This document shows, in pieces, positions 25,575-39,184 of a DNA stretch of 64,000 nucleotides. The stretch covers positions 38,302,868 to 38,366,867 of the forward strand of contig NC_068982.1 in NCBI RefSeq assembly GCF_001194135.2. Direction: 5' to 3'. Source of the DNA: Octopus bimaculoides. Taxonomy: Eukaryota. A program made the position numbers and the translations under genes. Under the pieces are notes generated by a model. It saw nothing but the letters and a program-made list of their open reading frames with translations, had not been told where the DNA came from and ran no database searches. Position 1 is the first letter of the stretch, and every line of letters starts with the position of its first letter.

Positions 25575-25929
25575 GTACTGATGGTGCAAGATGGCGGTGC
25601 TGAATCAGAACAATAAGAACCGGAACAAAAGCTACAAGGCATTTAGTCTTACTACATTGTTATTGTTTTATCAATCAACTGCCCTGAATCGATACTTTTC
25701 ATATCGACCCCAAAAGAATGAAAGGTAAAGTTGATTCGGTGGGTTTTGAATCCAAAGCACTGACAGTCGGAACATATACCTCGAGATCTTCTTTCTTCTC
25801 TATGAGTAAAACAAGAGTATGTTTTCATTTCCCTGACAACTACAGGAACAACCAGGGACACGTTTCAGTTTCATTTCCCTCCTCGTCAACGAAAGCCTTC
25901 AAAACATTACTGAAGTAGTGACGGAAAGG

Positions 25930-26175
25930 ATCAGGAAGTAAATCCCAGCATACCCTTGAACGGGATGCCGGTCCGTTGCAGGGCTCAAGCCAACAATTTT
26001 AAGGGACGAGGGCAAGTCGATTACTTCGATCCCAGCACTTTAGTTTCTCAAACTCGAAGGGATGAAAGGTAAAGTTGACCTCGGCGGCAGTTGAGCTCAG
26101 AACGTAAAGACCCAGAAGAAATGCCACTAAACATTTTAAGTGACGTGCTAACAATTCTGCCAGATCGCCGCCTCT
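25930..26175 (-). mobile_element. SINE
   Basis: Reverse-complement match including gttgacctcggcggc..gagctcagaacgtaaagac. Confidence 0.7.
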
Positions 26176-26613
26176 ATTTAATATCTAATTAACTCTAGTT
26201 TTAAGCAATTAAAGTTGCTTCTCAAAGGATTGTCTTTTTCTTTAGAGCCTGAAAAGGCCTCTGCACAGAACGCAATGTACAAGTGAACCGCACATGACAG
26301 AAATCTTCTCGTGCCTGGTTGCTATTTAAGGTCATCAGAGTTTGTCAGGAAAAGCATTTGTAACGGTTTCGAAGGATTTATTTGTACGTTCTTTACTAAT
26401 TATGAAATCATAGTGTTGTAGATGTTTCCTCGTTATGTATAGTAATTGCTTATTGGTGTTTTTGAAGGAAATTGGCTTGCTATATTCAATTTGCAAGGTA
26501 TTTTCAATGCTTCCGTGTATGTCTTAGGTGAGGAATGAAATGTGATCTAGAAGAGAGAAATACGTAGAGAGTGGAGAAATCACATAACTGTAGAAATGTT
26601 TGCTGATAAATAA

Positions 26614-27905
26614 CATTGTATAACAAAAAAAAAAAAAAACGGAAATGAGAATAACCTTTTCTAGGAATATTTTGTATGCAGATCCCGAATATAACACTCA
26701 TTTCTTTCTATGGCCCTCCAGTTTCTCGTAAATTACAATTTTACTTACATTAAATTCACTGACGGTTCTGTAGGAATTGAGTGCAAACAGGATTAGGCCG
26801 AAACTGACAACTCTAAAAGTTATGAACGAATTTTAATATAATTTTAATAGGGTGTTCCTAAGTTATTTGTCAACCTAGCCTATGAAAACTATAAAAGTAC
26901 ACTCAATATTTTTATAGTTATATGGGTCCGAATCCGTGGTAAATCTGACAAGGAACCACACCTCATCACTCAACCTGAACTCAATGATCTAGTTCGTGAT
27001 CTAACACTTACTAAGCAACGGAGTGAAAACCTGGCCTAACGTCTGCAACAATGGAACCTGTTGGATAAAGATGATCGAATTACAGTATTTAAAAAGCGTT
27101 CTTCAGATCTACAGCAATTCTTCCCTTTGGAAAACAACTTGACTTATTATAATGATATCAGAGACCTAGTCAATGCCTTTGAGCTGACCTACGAACCAAA
27201 TGAGTGGAGGTTATTCATAGATGCATCCCTTTACAGCATAAAAGCGGTTCTGTTGCACATTGGGAACACCATGCCTTCAGTTTCAATTGCTCACTCAGTC
27301 ATATTAAGAGAGACGTATGAGAACCTCGCTTTTATTCTAGACCGCATAAGTTACAAAGAGCACGAGCGGCTAATTTGTACGGACTTGAAAGTAGTAGCTT
27401 TACATAATGGGCTACAAACTGGATACACCACGTTTATGTGCTTCGTTTGCAAGTGGAACAGTAGGGCCAGATCAGAACATTATGTACGCTCAGAATTGTC
27501 ACCTCGGGAAACTATGACGCCTGGATGTCATAATGTAAAGCATGAGCCATTTGTTAAGAAGGAGAAAATTATTTTGCCACCAATGCATATAAAACTAGGC
27601 CTAGTGAAACAATTTACCAAAGCACTGCAACATAACAAGCCATGTTTCCAGTACCTCAAGGCGATCTTCCCTAAAATAAGTGATGCCAAGATTAAAGAGG
27701 GCATATTCGTAGGCCCTCAGATTCGTCAACTTAAAGCTGATGAGGACTTCGAGGCGACAATGGATGAAACTGAGTTAGCGGCCTGGCATGCATTCAAAGA
27801 TGTATGCAAAAGTCTTCTAGGAAAGCTCCAAGTGGCCCAGCGAGAGAGTATAGCGGAGAGTTTAATCAAGTGCTATCAAAATCTCGAATGCAATACGTCA
27901 CTGAA
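26614..27905 (+). mobile_element. Chapaev3-like (CMC) DNA transposon, 5' part with transposase fragment
   Basis: EPHLITQPELNDLVRDL, EWRLFIDASLYSIKAVLLHIGN, CFVCKWNSRAR, ILPPMHIKLGLVKQFTKAL, KIKEGIFVGPQIR and CNTSLK. Putative left end TAA|cattgtataacaaaa. Interrupted at about 27905. Confidence 0.85.
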
Positions 27906-28712
27906 ACAACGTGGTACTCTACCCTCTACCAACACTCTCAGCACAATTTCCCCCAACGTCACCGTCTCTGCCAAACTCTCCAGTTGTCCCTCCTCCGTCT
28001 GTATAATTAATTCTAGTATCTTCCCTTTCCACCCTCCTGCTTCCGTTTCTGTGGCTTGAAGGACAGCCACTTTCTCCTCACTTCCAGCAAGGACAGCCGC
28101 CGCCGCACAAGCCACTTCTATATCAAGTGGGATTGCTTCTACCCTTACCTTGGAAGTCTTTCTTCCAAGGTATATGAGCAGAAGCACTACTTCCTCTATT
28201 TTCACTTCCACACCCGCCAGCCTCCTCGCCTCCTCTACTGTCCTAAATTAGACGACCATTGTCCCATATTTCCTTCCTTTAGTTATGTATATTATTTCCT
28301 TTGACCGCTCCCTTAGCGCTTTTTCCGTTTCAGCTTCCACCTGCTCGGCCTTTTTTCCCTTTTAACGAGAACACCTTATAGGTGATCGTTTTTCTCTCCA
28401 TCCGCTCCATAATTCCTTTGGGGGCGACAACCTCACGTCACCTCCTACCTTCTGTACCATCTTCTCATACTCCTTCAGACCAGCCAAGTCCAACTCCCTT
28501 CGCTTCATCTCCGTGGCCTCAGCAAAACTCCTTGTCTTCTCCAACACTCTGTCCATCTTTATTACCGCCCTTACCAGCTCCTCCTCTATTGAAGACAACT
28601 CAGACCCGTTAAAGTCTGAGTACATCATCTCCACCCTCAAAGCAGCAAAAAAAAAAAAAGTCCGACTTGCACACAAACGACAAACCAAATGCACTCTGGG
28701 TGACGCATGCGC
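27906..28712 (-). mobile_element. LINE ORF1 (gag-like) fragment, L1/Tx1-like
   Basis: YLGRKTSKVRVEAIPLDIE...VLQAT...LRVLVEGRVPRCF, homologous to 55240-56190. Cut just before the CCHC knuckle. Confidence 0.7.
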
Positions 28713-29159
28713 GGAAGCAAGCTTCTTACCACACAGCCACGTCTGCGCCTATTATGGAACATAAGGTATGAAGTATGGCAAAGTTTAAGTATCGACAGAA
28801 GCATACAACTAGAGAGCTATCGCTATTGCAGTGAAAGTTGTATTTAACTAAACATGAACCTAATTTAGAATGTAACTTTGCAGTTATATTTTTTAAAGGA
28901 AGGAATGTGGGGTTTCNNNNNNNNNNNNNNNNNNNNNNNNNNNNNNNNNNNNNNNNNNNNNNNNNNNNNNNNNNNNNNNNNNNNNNNNNNNNNNNNNNNN
29001 NNCAGGAAATAAAAATCTTTTGTTTGATGGGGAGTTACTGACTGTGTTAAGAATGAAGATTCGTCTAAAATTATTTTATAATTTATTATCCTTATTACTC
29101 CTATGACTTTTTGTCAACTTTTCGAACTTGAAATATTTTCTTTAATTCTGGTTCTTCAT

Positions 29160-29440
29160 TTGATGGTGGTGGTGGTGGTGGTAGTGGTTGTGGTACTGGT
29201 GGTGGAGGTGACAGCTGCGGTGGGGGCTGTGACGGTTGTGGTGGCGGCGGTGATGGTTATAATGATGATGATGATGATGATGGTGATGATGAAAATGAGG
29301 ATGATGACGGTGATGGTGATTATGACTATGATGATGATGATGATGATGATGGAGATGATGATGATGAGGAGGAGGAGGAGGAGGAGGAAGAGGAAATCGA
29401 TGACGACGATGTTGATGATAATAATAATGATAATGACAGT
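29160..29440. repeat. Compound trinucleotide repeat (GGT/GAT/GAG)
   Basis: Directly visible. Confidence 0.95.
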
Positions 29441-29902
29441 AGTAAAGTATGTATACGAGAAAATGGTGTGAGGAGCAGGTAGTGAGAGATTGTATAAAAA
29501 TCAACCGGCATTGCATGAATATATCATCGAATACACCAATAGAATTAAAGAGAAAAAAAAATAAAGAAAACAAACAGATTCATGCCGAAAGTATCACGAA
29601 AATACATTTGGAGCGCTAACAGTAACAAGTACCAAAAATTCAACAAGGTAGAAAAAAAAAAAGAACAGAATGTAATTTCAGACAAGTTTTTATATATTTT
29701 TATTTCTATTATTGATCTGTGACATATTCAGCAATGGTAAATACAAGTAGAACTACACTTCACCAAGAAGTATATCACCATTAAGCATGATAATCCTCAT
29801 TTAAGTATTTATTCTCTATGCGGAAGAATACCTCGGCATACTCTGCGCTATCATTATTTTTAAATTGCGTAACCAGTTAATGCTTTTCACTCAGAACGCT
29901 CT

Positions 29903-29906
<4 letters not shown>

Positions 29907-29987
<81 letters not shown>

Positions 29988-30103
29988 NNNNNNNNNNNNN
30001 NNNNNNNNNNNNNNNNNNNNNNNNNNNNNNNNNNNNNNNNNNNNNNNNNNNNNNNNNNNNNNNNNNNNNNNNNNNNNNNNNNNNNNNNNNNNNNNNNNNN
30101 NNN

Positions 30104-30168
<65 letters not shown>

Positions 30169-30180
30169 TACATACATATA
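29907..30180. repeat. (CA)n microsatellite spanning an assembly gap
   Basis: Directly visible. Confidence 0.95.
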
Positions 30181-30439
30181 TATACTTCAGGCAGTATTAC
30201 AATTAGTGCTCAGGCTGACTTGCTGCCAAAAACTCCAACTTGAACTGCAACTAAAAAGCAGAGATGTTAAAGCAATCACTGACGACTGGCTATTTGGTTT
30301 TTTGTACATGAACAGGTACATGTATGATAGAATAAAAACGTTCCTTACGATCTATACTCATGTAACAAATTAACGGTCATGTTTTCATATACAAATGTCA
30401 CAATCTAACCTGATACCAGTTTTGTCTGCTTGTTTATCC

Positions 30440-30506
<67 letters not shown>

Positions 30507-31060
30507 GAGTGAGAGAGCAGCGCATGCCATCAAAGTGACACTGGGGTATAATTATACGAAGCCCAGTATACCTATCATGTCTACCCGTCTGATAGGGATA
30601 CACCAGGCACATGCATCACAACCACATGTGCGTGGCATGGTGATCTTATATCAAAATAAACATCGCATGACCTTGCAGGTAGGGCCCAGTTAGAATTTTC
30701 TTCAGGTTGAGTAGCCCATCCTGCTCAAAAAGTCCCTGAAGAAGGTTTTTTAAGGATGATGAACGAAATACCCATGTTTCCAGAGGTGAATTATCCAAAC
30801 CCCAAAGAATTCCTCTCAACACATGGCTATGATGCTCCCGCACTACTTCTGCTCGTGATCAGAGATGCACATATCGTCAGCCGCCAAAGGACATGCTCAA
30901 TTGGTTAAGGTCAAACAAGTGACTAGCAAATCTGTGGTATTCAGCTGAATGTTTACTGTAGTCCATCTTTTATATCAAAACAAAACAATGTACATGATAA
31001 CACTTCCAGTCAGTTAAGATCAGAAGCCATGAGAGCCACTGCCTGGTATTGCATCAGGAC

Positions 31061-31064
<4 letters not shown>
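30507..31064 (-). mobile_element. Non-autonomous interspersed element embedded in (TTA)n; possible R4/Dong-related retroposon
   Basis: Flanked on both sides by (TTA)n. Its 3' portion recurs at 48261-48410 in the opposite orientation, also ending in an AAT repeat. Confidence 0.6.
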
Positions 31065-31127
<63 letters not shown>

Positions 31128-32593
31128 TGTGTTTTCTTTTCATTATAACTTTATTTCAGCTGCCTTAGTACCGGGCATTCTCCAAAGGCCAAGAGTAGCA
31201 AGGGCACTTTTGTTCTGCTATGCATGCTAAAATTATCACCACATTTATTCCATTTTAGATGTAGAGTGCTTTTCGTAGTATATGGGGTCGATTGCTTCGA
31301 CTAAAAATCCTTTAAGGTGGTGCTTCAGCTTGATTGCAGACAAAATGACTGAAACAAGTAAAAGAATATGTATATGTGTGAGCGTGTGTGTATTTGTGTA
31401 TTCTCTAAGTCCTTCTAGTACAAGACGATACTTCTTTCAAGAGATCTAAAGAGACTGAAACATGTCTGCAGTTGTCTAATGACTGAAACAACTAAAGGAT
31501 TTATGAGTTTCTGAGTGGTCGCTTTTGTTTTGACAAGCTTTATCATTAACGCCAAAGATTTTTCGTTTTCATTTTAAAATCTTTTTTCGCGGGTTTCTTA
31601 CTACATTGAATATGTGAGTACCCGTTTCTTTATATGTTCTTCATTCCAAAGACGTCCATAGGAAATTTTCTAATTTTATATTGTCGTATTGTGGTTTTTC
31701 TACAAAATTTGCTATAGAAGAAAAATAATTCTAGTTTCATTATCCTATATTATATAACGGCGGTCTGTTATTTTTTTATTTAGTAAAACCATAATTTGAA
31801 AAATGAAACCAAAATTAATTATCGATAAAATATATACTGGCATGGCGATGGCTGTAATGGATATTTTTATTCATTTTTGTTTGTATCAAAATGGATAATG
31901 ATTATCAGGCTGGTAGAGATTTTAATTACCTCATGTTGCGAGAGTTGTAACATCGCTAAACCATTTCTATTATGAAGGAGACTAACGCTGTGTATCCTAA
32001 TTAATGTAAAGCAATTTTGTTTCACCAAGCAAGATTTTATTTTACATCAATATAAAACATGTGAAAGTTTCTAATGTAAGATTTATGACATCACAATTGT
32101 ACCTGTGCAAATCGTGAACGTCACGATTCCTAATGCTTTGTTTTAAAATAATTGGAAATGATCCATCTGAAGCGGAAGTCAAATTCTTTAGCAAGCAACA
32201 GTCTGATAGCAATTTACGACTTCCTGGTATAAAGGCAATAAACTAATTAGATGTCTCTCAAAAATTATTTTACAGAAAAGTTTTAAAGTGAACTGTCTCC
32301 TTCAGTATTTGAACGATTCTTCCATAGCTCATTTGTGAAAAACAATGGTAACAGATCGATTGTAATATACTAAAAAATATTTTATTTATGACGATTATTA
32401 GTCACATCTTGATTTATGCCGTTCTTGACTCATAGAATTACTTCCTCGAGTAAATTATCCATCCAGAAAGACTGTATGGCTTTAGACTGAGTCGTTATTC
32501 TAAAGATATAGTTTTCATTCTTTATAACAAAATGATAGAGAACAAATGATGAACCCACATCTTTGGTTATTGTTTATCAAGCCGAATTGTAAG

Positions 32594-33007
32594 GCGTCGA
32601 GTTGGCGGAGTCGTTAGCACTCAGGACAAAACGCTTAGCGGCATTTCGTCTGTCTTTATGTTCTGAGTTCAAATTCCGCCGAGGTCGACTTTGCCTTTTA
32701 TCCTTTCGGGGTCGATAAAATAAGAACCTGGACGAAATGCCGCTAAACATTTTCCCCATTGTGCTAAGGTTTCTTATTTCTTTACTGCCCACAAGGGGCT
32801 ACACACAGAGGGGACAAACAAGGACAGACAAACAGATTAAGTCGATTATATCGACCCCAGTGCGTAACTGGTACTTATTTAATCGACCCCGAAAGGATGA
32901 AAGATAAAGTCAACCTCGGTGGAATTTGAACTCAGAACGTAATGGCAGACGAAATACCGCTAAGCATTTCGCCCGGCGTGCTAACGTTTCTGCCAGCTTG
33001 CTGCCTT
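32594..33007. mobile_element. Inverted pair of SINEs (32594-32727 plus, 32772-33007 minus)
   Basis: Both match the family consensus and are oriented tail to tail. Confidence 0.85.
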
Positions 33008-34518
33008 AGTGGCTGATTTAATATTAGCTGACGAGTGTCATCTTTAGCATGTACATTAATTGCCTAATAATTTAATGCTCTTTTTTCTCTTCAGTAAAAT
33101 CACATATTTTAGTTGGAAGATGGAGTTATTTCGTCAAGCTTGAACGAATGCGTTCCCAGATTCTTGACCATCAGTAATCGTAAGAAATTAAAAGATTGTT
33201 CGCAAAGATAGCAAAACCGATGATTTAGAACTATTCTTTTTATTTCCTATATACCAACATAAAATTAACATTTTCCAATCTGCAGTAGAATAATGCAATT
33301 TGCACAGAACTTGGACAAGAATAGAGGAGATTTTTATTTGCGACACCAATCAGAGTAGATTTTACATAAAAGTGCTTATAAGAGCGTGCATTCTTTATTC
33401 AATAAGAAAATTTATGTTGCAGAATAAGCGTTAAGGAAAATATCCATATATTTACGTATTATACAAAGTCAAAGGGTTAATGCATGTAGAAATGGCCAGA
33501 GATATTTCCGTGTTTGTAAAAGTAAAAATATTTACAAATAGATAATTGGCAGCAGTGAAGTTGAACGTATGTAACATACGTGTTTTATGCTGGTAGAAGT
33601 TGTTCTGTAAAGACCAAATCAACAGAAAAGTTAAATTCCAGCAAGAGCTAAAGTGGTGAGTAAGGTTGGATAGCTACACAGGTTTTCAGGCGACGAAATA
33701 GAGGGGAGAAATAATGTGGTCTATTTAATAACCAAAAATACACCCTTAGCTGTTAGATGATAAGCGGTAGTATGCTTTCAATTGCAGCCTAGTAACAGTG
33801 TCATTTCAGCGAATAAACTGGATCCGAACTATCATTTGTGGTATTGCCGTGTTTAGAAATCCAGTGCAGTATGAAATTATTGGCAACAGTTGCAGCTTCG
33901 TTTGTCAGACGATCATGCCGTTGAATTTTTGAATTTCTGAATTCAATTGTGTTGTTGCAATAAAAGTTGTGTTTACGTATTTGGGTAATATATTAAAATT
34001 TTAAAGTTTTCTTGAGATGTTCGTTTGTCTGTCCAGTTGGAGAATATAGAAGCACTTTTGCAATGAAAAGGATGTTTACATTTTCAAATACTGAGAGAGG
34101 GAGGAAAGGATAAGTATTCACACATTAGTTGTAGATATATCAAAGGTCTTTTTTTTTAAAGCTGATCTTTTGTGTTTTCGAAAGCTGTAGGTATGTAAGT
34201 TTCCTAACTTATTTTATTTTGAGGGAGGTTTAAAATATTCACAGGAAATTGTAGATATTTCAGTCTTAGGGAATAGTAGGAGGAAGAGATGTTCACCTTG
34301 TTGGATTTTTGAATTTCAGAATTTCTTTTTCTTTTTCTTTTGGAATTTTTCTTTTCTTTTTAAAAGTTTTGCAGTGGTTTACAGTTTTTGTAGTTGTGCA
34401 GTATCTATATATATTGGCAGGTGCTTACTTCCTAAATTTTTTATCGTGCATTTAATTGTGCTGTTACAATAAAAGGCATGTTTACATATTCTGTTAGTCA
34501 GGGAAGAAGGGAAGACAA

Positions 34519-34569
<51 letters not shown>

Positions 34570-34672
34570 TTGTCTTCCCTTCTTCTCTTCTTCCCTTCTT
34601 CCCTGATGATGATGATGATGATGATGATGATCATCATCATCATCATCATCATCATCATAATCATCATCATCA

Positions 34673-34709
<37 letters not shown>

Positions 34710-34766
34710 CTGCAGTACCATAGCCAATGAGGGTTATCCGAGGTGTGGTTATTGCTAGTTGAAAAC

Positions 34767-34827
<61 letters not shown>

Positions 34828-34828
34828 G
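34519..34828. repeat. Compound (TAA)/(GAT)/(CAT)/(TTA) microsatellite
   Basis: Directly visible. Confidence 0.95.
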
Positions 34829-37149
34829 TATATGGAGTACCAAGTCACAGAAATATTAGACGTATAATAATATATCATTATGATTATTTACTACAGCTTA
34901 TTTATGTCTGTTTTTGTTTTTGGATTAGATTTGAACTTCCGCTGTTCGAAGACTAATCCAATTCATTGTAAGCAGTTAATTGCTGCAAACATAATCTTTC
35001 CAGTGACGCAGCTAACAGAGGAGCAAGGGGGCGCGATCGCTCCCCACGTGTACACTTTTCAAAATTGGCACCTTTTATAAAATGTATAATCAATGAGTTA
35101 AAAATTGTTTTATCTGTGTCACACCATCCGGTTTTTTTTTAATGTGCTTGCTCCCCATAACTTTAGAACCTGGTTACATCCTTGAAGCATTCTACTAACT
35201 TTTTTGCGGTTATAATCTATTATTGTTATACTTCAGTAGATGCTCTCACTGCATCATTCAGACACATTTCTGCGTAGTTGAACGGCAACAATGTTTTGTT
35301 TTGGATTCAGATTTTCTCTTGCTCTGGAAGGGTTCTGCGTAAATGGCGAATGGTCTAGTACTTACCAAGTCGGGCTTACATGCATAAGGTCATGAGTTCG
35401 ATTTCTTGTCCGAACAGCGCGTTGTATCCTTGATCAAGGTACTACATTTCGCATTTTCTTGTCTCCCAGCTGAAAATGAGTTTCATCCTAGTGTTGGTGT
35501 AGTCTTTTCTCCCATTAGATGTCACCTCTTCGATGTTCTATGATTCAAAAGGTGGGAGAACCGAGAGGTTATCCATATCTCGTGACTGCATAAACACTTA
35601 AAGCAAGAAGCAGAAGCCTGGTGCATCTTGTCATGTCATATTCACTTGCGAGTTACGGCTATGGTTACGTAACGTGTTCTGTGCTCCGTAGGCTTCTATA
35701 TTATGTGTATATTAAAATCCAGTAGTTTTGGTTATGTGATTACCAAGATCTATATTTAATAATTCTCAAGGTACCTATTATATTTCTGTTTTTAGACCCC
35801 GCCCCCGTTTTGGTTATCTCTATTTCCAGATCTCTACATTTGGATATTTTCCCATTTCTTTCAGCGATACATTATCCGTTGTTGAGACTAATTCTTCATT
35901 TAGAAGGTGCGTCGAGGTCATATTTGCTTTTCATCCTTTCGAGGTCGATAAAATAAAGTACCAGTCAAGTACTGGAGGTCGAAAGCAACGACCAACATCC
36001 TCTCCGCGAAATTGCTTACCTTGTGCCTATCTTAGAAACAATTACTATACCTTCATCATTGGTCTCCTTTTTTCTACAACTTTTCAAGCAGCTTATATGA
36101 ATGTCAAAGCGCTGAAGAGTTAGTGTAAACGACTGGTCGTCGGCATAAAAATCTTCATTTTCTGTAGGTTTGGTGGTTCATGTTTGTGTATAGATGTTGC
36201 GTCAGCAATTAATTGCTTTTCATTTAATGACAGTCAATAAAATAAGTAGTAGCAGTAACACAATTATACTCCCATTACAAACAAAAAAGGTGGGGAATTG
36301 TGAACAAACAAACTAAATCCCTTAATTTTCAGATATTACAATCACACATCAATAATAGTCATTTGTTGTCTAAAGTAAAGACTGAACGACTTATTTCGTC
36401 ATTTTTGTCAGCAGTAGAAAACAAAATACTGCAGCAAACAAATAGGATCATAAGAATTTAAGCAAATCCCTAATCTATAATATATGTTGTCAGCAAACTG
36501 TTGGTGGCTTCGAAAGGAAATAACCATGGTTGTCAGCCAACAACAATCTCTCGCGACAATGGAAAATAATAGTGTATGCTTGTGCTCTATGCGTGCTCGT
36601 GTGTGTAGATGTGCGTGTGTACATGCGAGATTATCTATGTAATGTAATGTAATGCAATGCTATGTAATATATGTATATAATATAGCTATGTGGATGTATA
36701 TTTATGTACGTATGCGTCTATATGAGCGTGTATGTAAATGCATACAGCGGCATCTGAATTATCAGCTTAGTATGTTGGTATGAGTGGTGTATGTATATTT
36801 GCATCTGTAGACTTGAAAAATAAGTAAATTATAAGTTGGAGAGAAAGAAAAACAGAGAAAACAGATTTTTCTTTATCTGCATTGTGTCTAGTTTATTGTC
36901 TCGATTTAATTGTCTCTGTTGGAAGGCTAGTATCTTTAGAATCTTTGATGCGATACCACAGAAAGTTATGTTCAACGCAGTAATGAAACAATTTCTAACA
37001 ATATCTGTTGGAAAACCGACTGATGCTTGTTTGCCAGAGCAGTATCAGTGAAATTTACATTCTACTTATCTACGCAAGTAATGAACTCACAGCGTGAATT
37101 TGTACAATCACAACAACATCAGTGAAGATTACAAAATGGCTGCCATCGA

Positions 37150-37192
37150 AAAAAAGAATGCATTCGATATACACACATACATACATACCTAC

Positions 37193-37223
<31 letters not shown>

Positions 37224-37275
37224 TGTATGTATGTATGTATGTATGTGTGAGTGTGTGTGTTTGTGTGTGTGTATG
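37150..37275. repeat. (TATG)n/(TG)n microsatellite
   Basis: Directly visible. Confidence 0.95.
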
Positions 37276-38354
37276 TGTGTTTGTAAGCATTGCATTGAAA
37301 ACAGTCTGGAACTGTAATGGCTGACAATATAAACAATCTAAAAATGGAGTAAAAAAAGATATCTTCATAGGGTATCGTTTGTTCTCAGCAGGTTAAAATC
37401 TATGGATAGCCAGCCATCTCAATCTTTCTTGCGTTGTCCTCATGCATTCACTGCATTTGGAGTAAAAGAAAATAGGACTTAAAAACGGAGTGAGATATTG
37501 ATTTTTTTCGATTCCCTTCTTTCTTTTATTTTTCAATAGTTTATCTCGGTAATGAATTGTTTTCGTCGTCATTCATGTCCAAGGTCGTGTTTTCTTCTAA
37601 AGTCGAATCAACATACTTGTAAAGGTTTTGTTCCTGCTTATAAAAACCAAGTAAGATTGCACGCAAGCGCGCGCACCTACACATACATGCATATGTATAT
37701 ACGTATATATATGTACGTATATATATATCTATATATGTTCGTATGGATATAAATATATATATACATACTTACGTACGTTCGTACGCACGTACGTACGTAT
37801 GTACCTACCCACCTACCTACCTACCTACCTACCTACATACATACATATATACAATCATACAACAATCATCGCTCGTTAACTGTTATTTATCAGAACGAAA
37901 ACAAAGGCAAAAAATTGTTTTCTTTTGGCCGTATTAATGGATTTCAAATTTGAAACAGGAATGGCTTTTCTCAAAGTCATCCCAAAAGCAATAACAGATA
38001 ATAGATAATAAATGTAGGTTTAATTTTTAAAGAATGAATTACTAAGTCTTCATATACAAGATTACGCTAATGCTAGTTTGACTTTGAAATGATATGAACT
38101 GAAGCCTGAATGTATAGAAGAATAAATAGCTTCAAAGGCAAGGAAGGGTTGAAATAACGAACAACCGATGACATAATATGTTGTTTTTTTCCCTCACTTG
38201 AGGAGGAGTTTTTAGTCGAACGAATCGACCCTAGTATTTATTTTTTGTTGAACCTGGTACTTATTCTATGTTGTGGGGACGTAAACACACCAACGGCGGT
38301 TGTCAAGCGGTAGTGGGGGACAAACACAGACAGAAAGACACACGCACGCACACA

Positions 38355-38405
<51 letters not shown>

Positions 38406-39184
38406 NNNNNNNNNNNNNNNNNNNNNNNNNNNNNNNNNNNNNNNNNNNNNNNNNNNNNNNNNNNNNNNNNNNNNNNNNNNNNNNNNNNNNNNNNNNNNNN
38501 NNNNNNNNNNNNNNNNNNNNNNNNNNNNNNNNNNNNNNNNNNNNNNNNNNNNNNNNNNNNNNNNNNNNNNNNNNNNNNNNNNNNNNNNNNNNNNNNNNNN
38601 NNNNNNNNNNNNNNNNNNNNNNNNNNNNNNNNNNNNNNNNNNNNNNNNNNNNNNNNNNNNNNNNNNNNNNNNNNNNNNNNNNNNNNNNNNNNNNNNNNNN
38701 NNNNNNNNNNNNNNNNNNNNNNNNNNNNNNNNNNNNNNNNNNNNNNNNNNNNNNNNNNNNNNNNNNNNNNNNNNNNNNNNNNNNNNNNNNNNNNNNNNNN
38801 NNNNNNNNNNNNNNNNNNNNNNNNNNNNNNNNNNNNNNNNNNNNNNNNNNNNNNNNNNNNNNNNNNNNNNNNNNNNNNNNNNNNNNNNNNNNNNNNNNNN
38901 NNNNNNNNNNNNNNNNNNNNNNNNNNNNNATATATATATATTTGTTCGTTTTATTTGTGTATACAAGCATTGTTTAAAAGCCGAGAAAGTTTAGCTGAAA
39001 ATTTTCCAAGAAGGAAATTAATATTGGAATATATAAAAATGTCCATTGTTATTTGTTGCAACAATATTAAAGGCCAATCAGAATTGGATGTAATCGATAC
39101 TGTGTAACTGATTGAACTCAACGATTGCCTTCAGAAATGAGAAAAGATGTTAAAATAAAGCATAAGCTAAATTACTGCATATAT

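Noticed and set aside
27061-28059. 332-aa ORF as a host gene
   Set aside because: It is a transposase fragment read through into antisense LINE sequence.
29103-29573. Poly-Met/Val and poly-His ORFs (and similar ORFs at 29865-30206, 34494-34956, 37070-37336, 46866-47422)
   Set aside because: They are translations of microsatellites.
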